This document shows positions 19,916-28,426 of a DNA stretch of 64,000 nucleotides, one piece after another. Every line of letters begins with the position of its first letter. The stretch's first letter is position 1. The stretch is taken from the NCBI GenBank assembly GCA_963704575.1, contig OY969918.1, forward strand, positions 3,479,122-3,543,121. Direction: 5' to 3'. The notes beneath the pieces were generated by a model that ran no database searches, was not told where the DNA came from, and was given only the letters and a program-made list of their open reading frames with translations. The DNA comes from an uncultured Acidobacteriota bacterium (GTDB taxonomy: Bacteria > Acidobacteriota > Vicinamibacteria > Vicinamibacterales > SCN-69-37). Position numbers and translations under genes: made by a program.

Positions 19916-20326
19916 TCAACGGACGGCGAAACAGGCCGCGAGAAGACAGATGGTCAGCCCGACGCCGAACATCGCGGGCACGGGAAGAATGAAGTTCCAC
20001 GTGATGACCGTCGCCGCGACGGAGGCCATCGTGATTACGACCACCATCGGTCGGACCAACGCAGGATGGGCCTTCGCGATCGTCGCGAGCTGCCAGAGCA
20101 GCACCGCCTGCATGAAGAGGTAGACGCTCAGACTGAAGCCAAAACCGCGATAGAAGTCGAGGTACGACCGGCTGACGCCGGAGATGTCGAACCGGGACGA
20201 GCGCATGGCGTCGATCACCGGATTCGTCGCAGTCGGGGACCAGTCCTTGCGGCTACCGAGCGTGTGACCCGAGGCAAACAGCAGGTTGACGACTGACGCG
20301 ATGCGCAAGCGCAGAGCGGTGGTCAT
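19916..20326 (-). CDS. hypothetical 4-TM membrane protein
   Basis: Hydrophobic segments throughout. Lies 11 nt downstream of the FkbM-like gene on the same strand. No family recognised. Confidence 0.5.
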   Translation of the reverse strand: MTTALRLRIASVVNLLFASGHTLGSRKDWSPTATNPVIDAMRSSRFDISGVSRSYLDFYRGFGFSLSVYLFMQAVLLWQLATIAKAHPALVRPMVVVITMASVAATVITWNFILPVPAMFGVGLTICLLAACFAVR

Positions 20327-20337
20327 GGCGGCCGATC

Positions 20338-21285
20338 CTACCCCACGCGGCCTCCCGGGACGAACGCGACCGTGGCGACCACTTCGTCTGGAGGCGCTGC
20401 CAAACTCGGGCCCGGTCGACCGCCCGCCTCAATCGCGTGAGCGCTGTAGCCCAGCGCGGCCAGCTGCGCGAAGAACGACTCGGGCGTCGCGCCCGAGACA
20501 CGCGCCAGTTGCTCGCGGTGAATCTCGGCCAGGATCGCCGGTCGATCCGCACGAATCAGCGCCGCGGCGCCCGCGACGACGAGCGGCTCGGCGCCTTCGA
20601 CGTCGAGTTTGATGAAGCGCACCGGCCGGCGGAACGTCAGGTCGTCGAGCGCCACGACGGCCACACGCCGGCGGTCGTGACCGGCGAGACCACGCGACTC
20701 GTCGGTCAGGAGAAACGCGCCGCCGGAATTGAGTGTGTGGGTAGCGAACATCAGGTCGGCCGATCCGCTGTGACCACCGACCGCTGCACGGATGACCGTG
20801 AGGCGATCCTCGAAGCCGTTTTCGCGTCGCGATGCGTCGAGCAGATCCGCGTTGTCGGCGAACGGCTCGAATGCGTGGACGTGACCGGCGGGTCCCACCG
20901 CTTGGGCGAGGTGCAAAGCGAACAGGCCGACGTGCGCGCCCGCATCAATCGCGACGTCACTCGGCCCGACGCTTCGCACCGCAAACGCCAGCTCGTCCTG
21001 CTCGAACCGTCCGCGGATGATGTTGAGTCCGATAGCGTGGTCCGCGAGGTCGACGAAAATGCGGAGCCCGGACGACAGCGGACAGATGACGACGGTCCGT
21101 TCGTTCGCCTGCGCCAGATCCCGGTTTTTCTCGCGAAACTCCGGCGACGTCATCATGTCGCGCCGCAGATCGCGCGTGTCGCCATAGCCGCGCATCTTCG
21201 GCTCGACCGCCGCGTCGCTTTCCGGATCGCGGTCGAGCAGCAGACGGTAGGCCCAGACGACGTGGTCGCGTGACAGCGGAGACAT
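20338..21285 (-). CDS. FkbM family methyltransferase with DUF4214-like N-terminal segment
   Basis: VVWAYRLLLDRDPESDAAV...MTSPEF (DUF4214-like), then the SAM-MT core DAGAHVGLFALHLA...VHAFEP...IKLDVEGAE. Its ATG overlaps the upstream stop (TAATG at 21283-21287). Confidence 0.8.
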   Translation of the reverse strand: MSPLSRDHVVWAYRLLLDRDPESDAAVEPKMRGYGDTRDLRRDMMTSPEFREKNRDLAQANERTVVICPLSSGLRIFVDLADHAIGLNIIRGRFEQDELAFAVRSVGPSDVAIDAGAHVGLFALHLAQAVGPAGHVHAFEPFADNADLLDASRRENGFEDRLTVIRAAVGGHSGSADLMFATHTLNSGGAFLLTDESRGLAGHDRRRVAVVALDDLTFRRPVRFIKLDVEGAEPLVVAGAAALIRADRPAILAEIHREQLARVSGATPESFFAQLAALGYSAHAIEAGGRPGPSLAAPPDEVVATVAFVPGGRVG

Positions 21286-21500
21286 TACCCTCGCGATCGG
21301 CCCGACATCACGACGAGGACGGCGCCGGCGACGACACAAAGACCGCCGGCGATCGGAGGCACCGGCAGCGAATGCGTCTTGTCCTTGTTGACCTGGATCG
21401 GACCCAGATCCACCACCTTATCTTCCGTCGTCCACGTCAGGCCGCCGTAGATGACGCCGATGAGACCGACGACGATCAGCACGATGCCCAGCATTTTCAT
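21285..21500 (-). CDS. small two-TM membrane protein (DUF3185-like)
   Basis: 71 aa: MKMLGIVLIVVGLIGVIYGG...PPIAGGLCVVAGAVLVVM. Overlaps both neighbours (ATGA at 21497-21500, TAATG at 21283-21287). Confidence 0.55.
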   Translation of the reverse strand: MKMLGIVLIVVGLIGVIYGGLTWTTEDKVVDLGPIQVNKDKTHSLPVPPIAGGLCVVAGAVLVVMSGRSRG

Positions 21501-22450
21501 GGTCGCTCCCGTGGTGGCCCGAGCGGTACGTGCTCGGGATATTTCTGCTCGCCGGCGAGAATCTTGATCGCCAAACGGTTTTCAGGCAGCGGAATCGGAC
21601 ACGTTGTGTACGGATTGAACGAGCACGGCGGGTTGTAGGCTTGATTGAAGTCAAGCACACTCGTGCCGTCGGGTTTCAGATCCGCATAGAGAAACCGCGC
21701 GGTCTCGTATGTCTCGTTCCCGCTCGACCCGTCGCGAAACACGAAATAGAAACGATTTGGTCGCGTCGTGAACGGACGAAGGCGCACCGTTTGTCCCTGC
21801 AACGTGAACTCGACCACGCCTTCCGTTTTGTACTCGTCGACGTCGTTGAACGTGTTGAGCACTTTGATGGGCCTGGTCTCGCCATCCTTGACGAATCGGC
21901 CAGTCACGCGGTACGCCAGGTCGATCGGAAACCACGTGAAGCCCTTGAAATTCTTCGCGAGCGGGTCGTTCGGATCGCGCACGCGCAATCCGAGATGCTC
22001 CCCACTCTCGTGGATGACGAGATGCACGTCGCCGATCGTGAGATCGTCGGCGGCGCCGCTGTCGTCCTTGAGGTCGATCGGCGCACTCACTGGCTGGCCT
22101 TTGAGTTGAACGATCCCGCCGGCCAACGGCTCGAAGCGCACCTGATGGTGCGCAAGCACGAACCGTCCGATTTTCGGCGGTGTCGATGCCGGCAGGACGA
22201 TGTCATTGGTCGCGGCGCTGCCGGCGGTGTTGGCGCCGGATTTGAGCGCGAATAACCCCGCGATGCTGACCCAGTCGCGGCGGTAATCGACCTCGTGCTT
22301 CGCACGCCACTTCTGGGTTTCGGCAATTGGCGAATCTGTCACAGGCGACGTCACTGGCGCGGGAGCATCGCTCTTGGCGCACGACACCGCCAGGAGGACG
22401 AGCGCGGCCACACCAACGGCGGTCGACCAGAATTGGTGTGTTGGCGCCAT
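21497..22450 (-). CDS. DUF1684 domain-containing lipoprotein
   Basis: Signal/lipobox (…LLAVSC) then the DUF1684 pattern …FRDGSSGNETYETARFLYADL...DFNQAYNPPCSFNPYTTCPIPLPENRL. ATG 22448-22450 is preferred to the listed GTG at 22477. Confidence 0.8.
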   Translation of the reverse strand: MAPTHQFWSTAVGVAALVLLAVSCAKSDAPAPVTSPVTDSPIAETQKWRAKHEVDYRRDWVSIAGLFALKSGANTAGSAATNDIVLPASTPPKIGRFVLAHHQVRFEPLAGGIVQLKGQPVSAPIDLKDDSGAADDLTIGDVHLVIHESGEHLGLRVRDPNDPLAKNFKGFTWFPIDLAYRVTGRFVKDGETRPIKVLNTFNDVDEYKTEGVVEFTLQGQTVRLRPFTTRPNRFYFVFRDGSSGNETYETARFLYADLKPDGTSVLDFNQAYNPPCSFNPYTTCPIPLPENRLAIKILAGEQKYPEHVPLGPPRERP

Positions 22451-22498
22451 GGGTAACGATACCGCATGGCGCCTCACCCATGCGCGTCCGCCCGTGCT

Positions 22499-22804
22499 CT
22501 ATCGATCGCTCATCGAGACCGGTTCCCACGGCAACGTCGCCGCGTCGGTCGCGGTGAACGCCTCCCGGCCGGCCTTGAAAGCCCGGCGCCCTCGGCTGGC
22601 GACGTCGGACATCGTCGATGACGCCTGTCGCCGCGCGCGGTTGACGCGGTCTGCCATCTTGCGACGTGTCGCGTGTCCCGGCGTAGGAGCGAACATCACG
22701 CCCAAGGCGGCGCCGAGCGCGATGCCGCACAACACGCCAACCGCGACGGCGGCGCCAGTCGTCAGGCCCGCGGAATTGTGAGTACTCGCTAATTCTTCAT
22801 CCAT
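22499..22804 (-). CDS. YtxH domain-containing protein
   Basis: Glycine-zipper TM GAAVAVGVLCGIALGAALGVMFAPTPG followed by a charged helical tail, as in YtxH. Confidence 0.7.
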   Translation of the reverse strand: MDEELASTHNSAGLTTGAAVAVGVLCGIALGAALGVMFAPTPGHATRRKMADRVNRARRQASSTMSDVASRGRRAFKAGREAFTATDAATLPWEPVSMSDR

Positions 22805-22845
22805 GACGGTCACCGTTCCTTAGCCGTTGTCTCGTACCGGCATGC

Positions 22846-23337
22846 CTACAACTCGTTCATCGTCGCGACCACGTCCGAACGCGCTTCTGCGCGCGCCCGA
22901 TTCGCTTCGATCTCGGCCGTCAGGTCCGGCCGCGAATCGTGGATCGCCTTCGCGAGCGACATGTGCTGATCGAGCACACGGTGTTTCAAGACCATGAAGG
23001 GAATGTCGAGGTTGTTGGCCGCATGCGCGACCGCCGCGAAGTCCTCGCCTCGTGTGAAGCCCTGCATGGCGATGGTCATGTTCGTGCCCGTCTTAAGTAA
23101 CGGCTTCACGCGGACGACGAGCGCCTGCGTGATTTCCGCGGTCGCCGCGCGGTCGGCAATGCGCGCGCTCGCCGGCTTGGGCGCGACGGGCATCGGTGCG
23201 GCCGCCGGAGCCACTTGAGTGATCGCGGGTGCGACGGCCACGGGCTGATCGTGGACGATGTAGGGCCGTGTCGCCACGCCGAGGGCAAAGGCGCCGGCGA
23301 TAGATCCCAGCAGCACGGTCGTCTTGAGTGCGGTCAT
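22846..23337 (-). CDS. hypothetical membrane-anchored/secreted protein
   Basis: Internal ATG gives MTALKTTVLLGSIAGAFALGVA (signal/anchor), a Pro/Ala linker and a helical C-terminal domain. No family recognised. Confidence 0.5.
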   Translation of the reverse strand: MTALKTTVLLGSIAGAFALGVATRPYIVHDQPVAVAPAITQVAPAAAPMPVAPKPASARIADRAATAEITQALVVRVKPLLKTGTNMTIAMQGFTRGEDFAAVAHAANNLDIPFMVLKHRVLDQHMSLAKAIHDSRPDLTAEIEANRARAEARSDVVATMNEL

Positions 23338-23494
23338 CTCACACCTCCAGGGGTTGGTGTTGCGATCACCGTGCCAGGTCTCTGAGGGTATCGGTGGTCC
23401 CCGAGTGCACAAACTGGGCACAGCGGCGCCATACCTCTTGCATCGCGCGTGGCTCACATTTGAGGACACTGGGACAAAGAGGCGGATTCCTGGC

Positions 23495-23509
23495 TGGCAC
23501 AGCTCTTGA
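23495..23509 (+). promoter_or_regulatory. sigma-54-like promoter (TGGCAC-N5-TTGA)
   Basis: TGGCACagctcTTGA with correct GG-N10 spacing, 41 nt upstream of the ATG at 23550. The -12 element has A where the conserved C is expected. Confidence 0.3.
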
Positions 23510-23549
23510 GTAAGTAGAAGCGGACGGGCAGGAACAAAGGAATGAAGTC

Positions 23550-23951
23550 ATGAAGAAAATGATCACTGGTGTTTTCGGAAGCCTCGTTGTTGCGACTTCG
23601 ATCGTAGCCGCGCAGGCCAGTCAGACTCCCGCGCAGCAGATGAAGCCGATGGAGGTCACGATCACCGGATGCGTGACGCAGGGGTCGGGTCCGTCAGTAT
23701 TCATTCTGGACAACGCGCGCGCGAACGCGAAGGACACGAACGAAAAGGGCAAGACCTATCTGCTGGTGGCCGCCGAGGACGTCAGCTTCCGCAACCACGT
23801 GAACCATGAAGTGACGGTCACTGGCGCGGCGGAATCCAAGGTGGCGCCGGTTCCGCCTGCCGGCCAGAAGGTCAGCGAGCAGGATCTGCCGAAGTTGACG
23901 GCTACGTCGGTGACGATGGTCGCCGAGACGTGCACGCCACTCTCGCGCTAG
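23550..23951 (+). CDS. hypothetical small secreted protein
   Basis: Signal peptide MKKMITGVFGSLVVATSIVAAQA, AAGGAA upstream, and a following hairpin plus T-tract. Confidence 0.6.
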   Translation: MKKMITGVFGSLVVATSIVAAQASQTPAQQMKPMEVTITGCVTQGSGPSVFILDNARANAKDTNEKGKTYLLVAAEDVSFRNHVNHEVTVTGAAESKVAPVPPAGQKVSEQDLPKLTATSVTMVAETCTPLSR

Positions 23952-23976
23952 CTCAAGCTGGGAAGTTGACTCGGGC

Positions 23977-24006
23977 TCGGGCATGACGCCTGGGCCCGTG
24001 TTTTTG
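23977..24006 (+). terminator. putative intrinsic terminator
   Basis: CGGGC…GCCCG stem followed by TGTTTTTGTT, lying between convergent genes. Confidence 0.4.
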
Positions 24007-24015
24007 TTCAGGAAC

Positions 24016-24855
24016 TTACTTGCGGGGGCTCGCGGCGAGCGTGGTCTGCTGTTCGATCAGGAGCTGTCGCGCTCCCTTGAGTAGATCTTCGTCACGCAGG
24101 TCGACGAAACGAATTACGCCGTCCTGATCGATCAGGTACACGGTCGGCCAACCGCGTACGTTCCAAGCTGACGCGATCGGTCCGTTCGTCTTTTTGTCTG
24201 GACCGCCGTCCCACCAGGAGCGAAATGCCAATCCCTGGTCGGCGTGCATCCGCTTCGTGTCGTCGCGCGAGTTGCCGCTGTCGACGCTCACGATCGCAAA
24301 CGGCCAATTCTTGTAGAGCTCGAGCAAGAGGCGCTCATAAGGATATTGGCTGCGGCAGATACCGCACCATTCCCCCGTGAACGCCAACAGCACGATCTTG
24401 CCTCGGTAGTCGCTCAGCTTGAATGGCGCGCCGTCGAGATCTTCGCCCGAAATCTCGGGCGCGGTTTTGCCGACCGTAAGGTGCGTTAGCATGTACCGGG
24501 TCTTGTCGATCGCGGGCGCGCTGTCTGGATGCGTTCGCCGAACACCGTCGAGGTGTTCGAGCACCTGCGCCTCTTGCGTGACGGTCAGCCGGGACGCCTG
24601 GAGCTGACCCGCGAACTGCCACAGCGTGAACGTCGCGTCGGTCTTCCAGTCTGCCGCCGGTTTTGGTACCGCGAGCATCGAGTCGAGGGTGGAAACCAGG
24701 CGCGTCACGTCGCGATCGGCAAGCGACGGCACGGCCAGATCGTTCGGTGGCCGTTCGGCGAAGCCTACCGTCGCTGCCTGCCCCGGAAGCGGCAACTGAC
24801 CGAGCACGCAGAATGACAGTACGAGGACCAGGATGAGGGGGGAGCGAACCTTCAT
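24016..24855 (-). CDS. TlpA/redoxin family thiol-disulfide oxidoreductase (secreted)
   Basis: Signal peptide, then a thioredoxin-fold motif GKIVLLAFTGEWCGICRSQYP (CxxC). Confidence 0.8.
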   Translation of the reverse strand: MKVRSPLILVLVLSFCVLGQLPLPGQAATVGFAERPPNDLAVPSLADRDVTRLVSTLDSMLAVPKPAADWKTDATFTLWQFAGQLQASRLTVTQEAQVLEHLDGVRRTHPDSAPAIDKTRYMLTHLTVGKTAPEISGEDLDGAPFKLSDYRGKIVLLAFTGEWCGICRSQYPYERLLLELYKNWPFAIVSVDSGNSRDDTKRMHADQGLAFRSWWDGGPDKKTNGPIASAWNVRGWPTVYLIDQDGVIRFVDLRDEDLLKGARQLLIEQQTTLAASPRK

Positions 24856-25077
24856 AGCGCCTTCCAAACAAGCAGGATCTGTAGTCTTTTCGACTCCGGC
24901 CGGTCCGTTCTTTAGTCGACGGCGGCCAATACCTGCGCATTCTGACGTCAGAAGCGGCTCGATGGACGAATTTTTTTCGCGTCGAGACGCCGACGGCTCA
25001 ACAGCGCGCGGACCCGGCGGCCCGCACGCACCCGTTACGCGAGCGCCCGGGCCCGGTGACCGATCGCACCGTCGGCC

Positions 25078-25530
25078 CTAAGCCGGCTTGCGCGAGCCGA
25101 TTGCGACCACATCCGTCGCCCGGCGCCGACGGGAAGTCGCGCCGGTTTTGAACTGAATCGGCGCCGCGACTTCGATTGGCCGCACCCGCCTATCGGCCAG
25201 CACGCGCCGTTGCCGCTCTTCGACGGCGATCCGCTTGGCCGCGCGCACGGCTTTCCGCTCGTCATAGCCATCGAACTTCTGGACGACGGCCGACGCTGTC
25301 CAGGCGGGATCGCGCTGTTCGGCGAGCCACGTCTTGCCGCACTCGTAGCAGCAGTAGTGCGCGGGATGGACGACGATCTCGTCGCCGGTCGCGTCATCTT
25401 GCGCGGTTTCCTGCCTGACGTAGTGTGGATTCGGATGCTTGCAACCGCTGAAAAGCCAAATCAATGCGCCAGTGCCGACTAGCGCGCCTGTGACCCAGAA
25501 GATGCTGGCTAGCGAATTCATAAAATGCAC
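25078..25530 (-). CDS. hypothetical membrane-anchored protein
   Basis: N-terminal TM (SIFWVTGALVGTGALIWLF), a Cys cluster HYCCYECGKTW and a basic tail. No family recognised. Confidence 0.5.
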   Translation of the reverse strand: MHFMNSLASIFWVTGALVGTGALIWLFSGCKHPNPHYVRQETAQDDATGDEIVVHPAHYCCYECGKTWLAEQRDPAWTASAVVQKFDGYDERKAVRAAKRIAVEERQRRVLADRRVRPIEVAAPIQFKTGATSRRRRATDVVAIGSRKPA

Positions 25531-25729
25531 TCCGCGTGGGGCTACGAAGTCTTATTTGGCAGGTCTCGTGCCACGAGGGACTCTGGCGGGATTCCAGCGA
25601 GCAGCCCTTGTCACGAGTGTAAGTCTTCTTGAGGGATGACTTCTACGAGCGATCGCGGGAATTTCGCGGAGTAATTGTCGTGGCGCTGTCACCCTTCTCG
25701 ATCTTGTCCTTTAGGTCAGGGTCACGGGC

Positions 25730-26278
25730 CTAAATGTCCCACAGCCGCCCCGAGACCGGGAGCGCGCCTTCAATCTCGAGCAACTGCCGTTTTCTCTGCG
25801 CGCCGCCGTTCGCGGAGAACCCGCCCGGCTGCCCCGCCGCGGCGAGCACCCGGTGACATGGCACGATGATCGGACACGGATTGCGGCCCAGCGCCTGGCC
25901 GACCGCGCGTGCGGCTCCGGGATCGCCGATTGCGGCGGCCAGTTCGCCATACGTGCGAATCATGCCTGGCGCGATCGTGCGCGCCTCGTCATAAACGCGC
26001 CGATCAAATGCCGGCACCTCACGCAGGTCCAGGGCGATCGTCGTCAAGTCCGTGCGTTGGCCGGCAAGAAGCGCGACGATCGCCGCGATCGCCGACGCGA
26101 TGGGCGGCGTCGGCTCGATCTCCGGGGCGTCACGCGAGAGGCGCCGAAGCCTCGCGCGCGTGGCCGCTGCGCTCGACTCGGGCAATTGCACGTGGGTGAT
26201 CCCCTCGTCGCTCCACGACACGCCGCACGCGCCGATCGGCGTCTCGAACACGGCCCATCCCGTCGCACGCGCGCTCAT
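25730..26278 (-). CDS. ogt: methylated-DNA--protein-cysteine methyltransferase
   Basis: Active-site motif IIVPCHRVL and TYGELA…GxPxAARAVGxAxxxNP pattern. Confidence 0.9.
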   Translation of the reverse strand: MSARATGWAVFETPIGACGVSWSDEGITHVQLPESSAAATRARLRRLSRDAPEIEPTPPIASAIAAIVALLAGQRTDLTTIALDLREVPAFDRRVYDEARTIAPGMIRTYGELAAAIGDPGAARAVGQALGRNPCPIIVPCHRVLAAAGQPGGFSANGGAQRKRQLLEIEGALPVSGRLWDI

Positions 26279-26287
26279 GATCAGCCG

Positions 26288-26842
26288 CTACCGGCGCGGC
26301 ACGGGCGGCACGGTCAGCTCGGCCGGCCCGAGCCCGAAGATGCGGCCGGATTGAAACGCACGGCTGACCTGGAACAGCAGCGCGAACGACGCAGGCGGCT
26401 GGACGATCGTCAGCGTCGCGGCGTTCCCCGGCGAAAACGCGAACGCCACGCCGCCTCGCGACCACGCTTCTTCAATCGGCGCCGTGACGTCGCCGGCCCG
26501 GAGCCTCGCGCTGGCCATCATCGAGAACCGCACCGGATCGCCATGATTGGCGGCATCCACGCCGAAGGCGGTCGAGCTCGATGCGCCACTCACCAGGGAA
26601 ATTTTCTTCAGATCGATCGTCTGCCCTGCGGACGCCGTCGCCTTCACCCAGAGAAACCATTGGCCCGAGCCGGGCGCAATGACCTGGTCCTGACTGCTGA
26701 GCGCGTCGAGCAAGAGGCCGGCCTTATTCAACGTGACGGGTTTGTCCGCGCGCGACGCGTTCGCGTGCGGCGCCGCCAGATGCGCGATCACGCATCCGGC
26801 GATCACCGCGACGGCGGCAAGACGCCGCGAGACTCGACGCAT
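26288..26842 (-). CDS. hypothetical secreted protein
   Basis: Signal peptide MRRVSRRLAAVAVIAGCVIAHLAAPHANA, beta-rich. Tightly spaced between mscL and ogt. Confidence 0.55.
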   Translation of the reverse strand: MRRVSRRLAAVAVIAGCVIAHLAAPHANASRADKPVTLNKAGLLLDALSSQDQVIAPGSGQWFLWVKATASAGQTIDLKKISLVSGASSSTAFGVDAANHGDPVRFSMMASARLRAGDVTAPIEEAWSRGGVAFAFSPGNAATLTIVQPPASFALLFQVSRAFQSGRIFGLGPAELTVPPVPRR

Positions 26843-26856
26843 CGCCTTCTATGCCC

Positions 26857-27210
26857 TCACGCTTTCGACGGCGGCACCGGTGTCCCGCGCAACTTGTTCA
26901 TCTGACGGACCACGACGAAAATCGCGAACGCGACGATGAAGAACTCGACAATGGTGTTGATGAAGACGCCATACGCGAGGATCGGCGCCTTGGCCGCTTT
27001 CGCCGCCTCGAGTGTCGGGTAGGTCGTGCCGTTGAGCGCAATAAAACGGTTCGTGAAATCCACGCCGCCGGTCGCCAGGCCAATCACCGGCATGATGATG
27101 TCGTTGACGAGCGAGTTGACGATCTTCCCGAACGCGGCGCCGATGACGACGCCGACAGCCAGGTCCATCGCGTTTCCCTGATTGACGAAGGCTTTGAACT
27201 CTTTCCACAT
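26857..27210 (-). CDS. mscL: large-conductance mechanosensitive channel
   Basis: [41 protein letters not shown] is near-canonical MscL. Confidence 0.95.
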   Translation of the reverse strand: MWKEFKAFVNQGNAMDLAVGVVIGAAFGKIVNSLVNDIIMPVIGLATGGVDFTNRFIALNGTTYPTLEAAKAAKAPILAYGVFINTIVEFFIVAFAIFVVVRQMNKLRGTPVPPSKA

Positions 27211-27394
27211 AAGGGTTCCGATCCTTTTAGAGAATGACGCGGGTCAGTCGATGAACTCGTGCAGGTCCGGGGAGTTGGCGCCATCCTACCGCAGCGCCGT
27301 CCGACTGACGCTAGGGCGCCCGACGCGAACGGGATCGATAAGGGCAAACGACCAAACCGGTGGTCGCGCTCGGCCGCTAGACTAGGGCTCACCA

Positions 27395-28426
27395 ATGTCC
27401 GGCGTCACGTGGTTGGTCATCGCCGCGCTCGTGCTCGTCAATGCCTTCTACGTTTCCGCGGAATTTGCGGCGGTGGGCGTTCGACGGAGCCACGTGCGCT
27501 GGATGAGCGAGCGCGGGAACATGCTCGCGCGCCGCCTGCTGCCCTTCATCGAGACGCCCGCTGGCCTGAGTCAGTACGTCGCCGCGTCACAGATCGGGAT
27601 CACACTGTCGAGCCTCATTCTTGGCGCCTACGCCCAGGCGACGCTCGCGATGGGCTTCGCCGACGCAATCTCAACACGACTCGGACTCGACGCCGAGCGT
27701 GCGCGCGGCGCCTCGGAGATAGCCGTGCTGGTCGTGCTCGCGGCGCTGCAGGCGGTCGCTGGCGAGCTGATTCCGAAGTCCGTCGCGCTCCAGTTCCCTG
27801 CGGAGGTCGCGCTCGCGACCGTGCTGCCGATGCGCTGGTCGCTGCGCATCTTCCGTCCGCTCATCGCCGCCATCAACGCGGCCACACAATCGATCCTGCG
27901 GCTGCTCGGCGCGCAGTTGTCGCCGCAACGGTATCTCCACTCTCCAGACGAAATCGATCTGCTCCTCGCCGAAAGCCGCGATGGCGGCCTGCTCGAGCCC
28001 GACGAACAGCAGCGTCTTCACCGGGCCCTGCGCCTCGGCCGCCGGACCGCGCGCGACCTCATGGTGCCGCTCGATCGGCTGACGATGGTGCGCGACGATC
28101 TCGCGTGGATTGATCTGGTCAGCGTCGTCACGTCGAGCCCGTTCAGCCGGCTGCCGGTCTATCACGGCACCCGGCCGCACGTCGTCGGCGTCCTTCGTGT
28201 CAAGGACCTCGTATATCGCTTCGCCCAGGCCGGGCCGGCGCCGCTCTCCCAGCTCATGCGTCCGATCGAGCGGGTGACCGCGGACCTGCCGGCGGATCGG
28301 ATCGCGACGGTTTTGCGCGAGCGGCGCGTGCATCAGGCCGTGGTCGTCGACGCGAGCGATGCCATCGTGGGACTCGTCACGATCCAGGACGTGCTCGTGT
28401 CGCTCGTCGGCTCGGAGCGGCCATGA
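27395..28426 (+). CDS. CNNM/DUF21-CBS hemolysin-family protein (no CorC_HlyC domain)
   Basis: DUF21 TM region (AEFAAVGVRRS…ELIPKSVAL) plus a CBS pair. Confidence 0.85.
   Translation: MSGVTWLVIAALVLVNAFYVSAEFAAVGVRRSHVRWMSERGNMLARRLLPFIETPAGLSQYVAASQIGITLSSLILGAYAQATLAMGFADAISTRLGLDAERARGASEIAVLVVLAALQAVAGELIPKSVALQFPAEVALATVLPMRWSLRIFRPLIAAINAATQSILRLLGAQLSPQRYLHSPDEIDLLLAESRDGGLLEPDEQQRLHRALRLGRRTARDLMVPLDRLTMVRDDLAWIDLVSVVTSSPFSRLPVYHGTRPHVVGVLRVKDLVYRFAQAGPAPLSQLMRPIERVTADLPADRIATVLRERRVHQAVVVDASDAIVGLVTIQDVLVSLVGSERP

Noticed and set aside
24941-24952. Perfect 12-bp palindrome TCTGACGTCAGA upstream of the TlpA-like gene
   Set aside because: Around 15 perfect 12-bp palindromes are expected by chance in 64 kb, and it matches no bacterial operator consensus that I can name.
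24833-25081. 82-aa plus-strand ORF in the gap upstream of the TlpA-like gene
   Set aside because: It starts inside the opposite-strand gene, has Arg/Pro/Gly-rich composition and no motif. It is likely non-coding promoter DNA.
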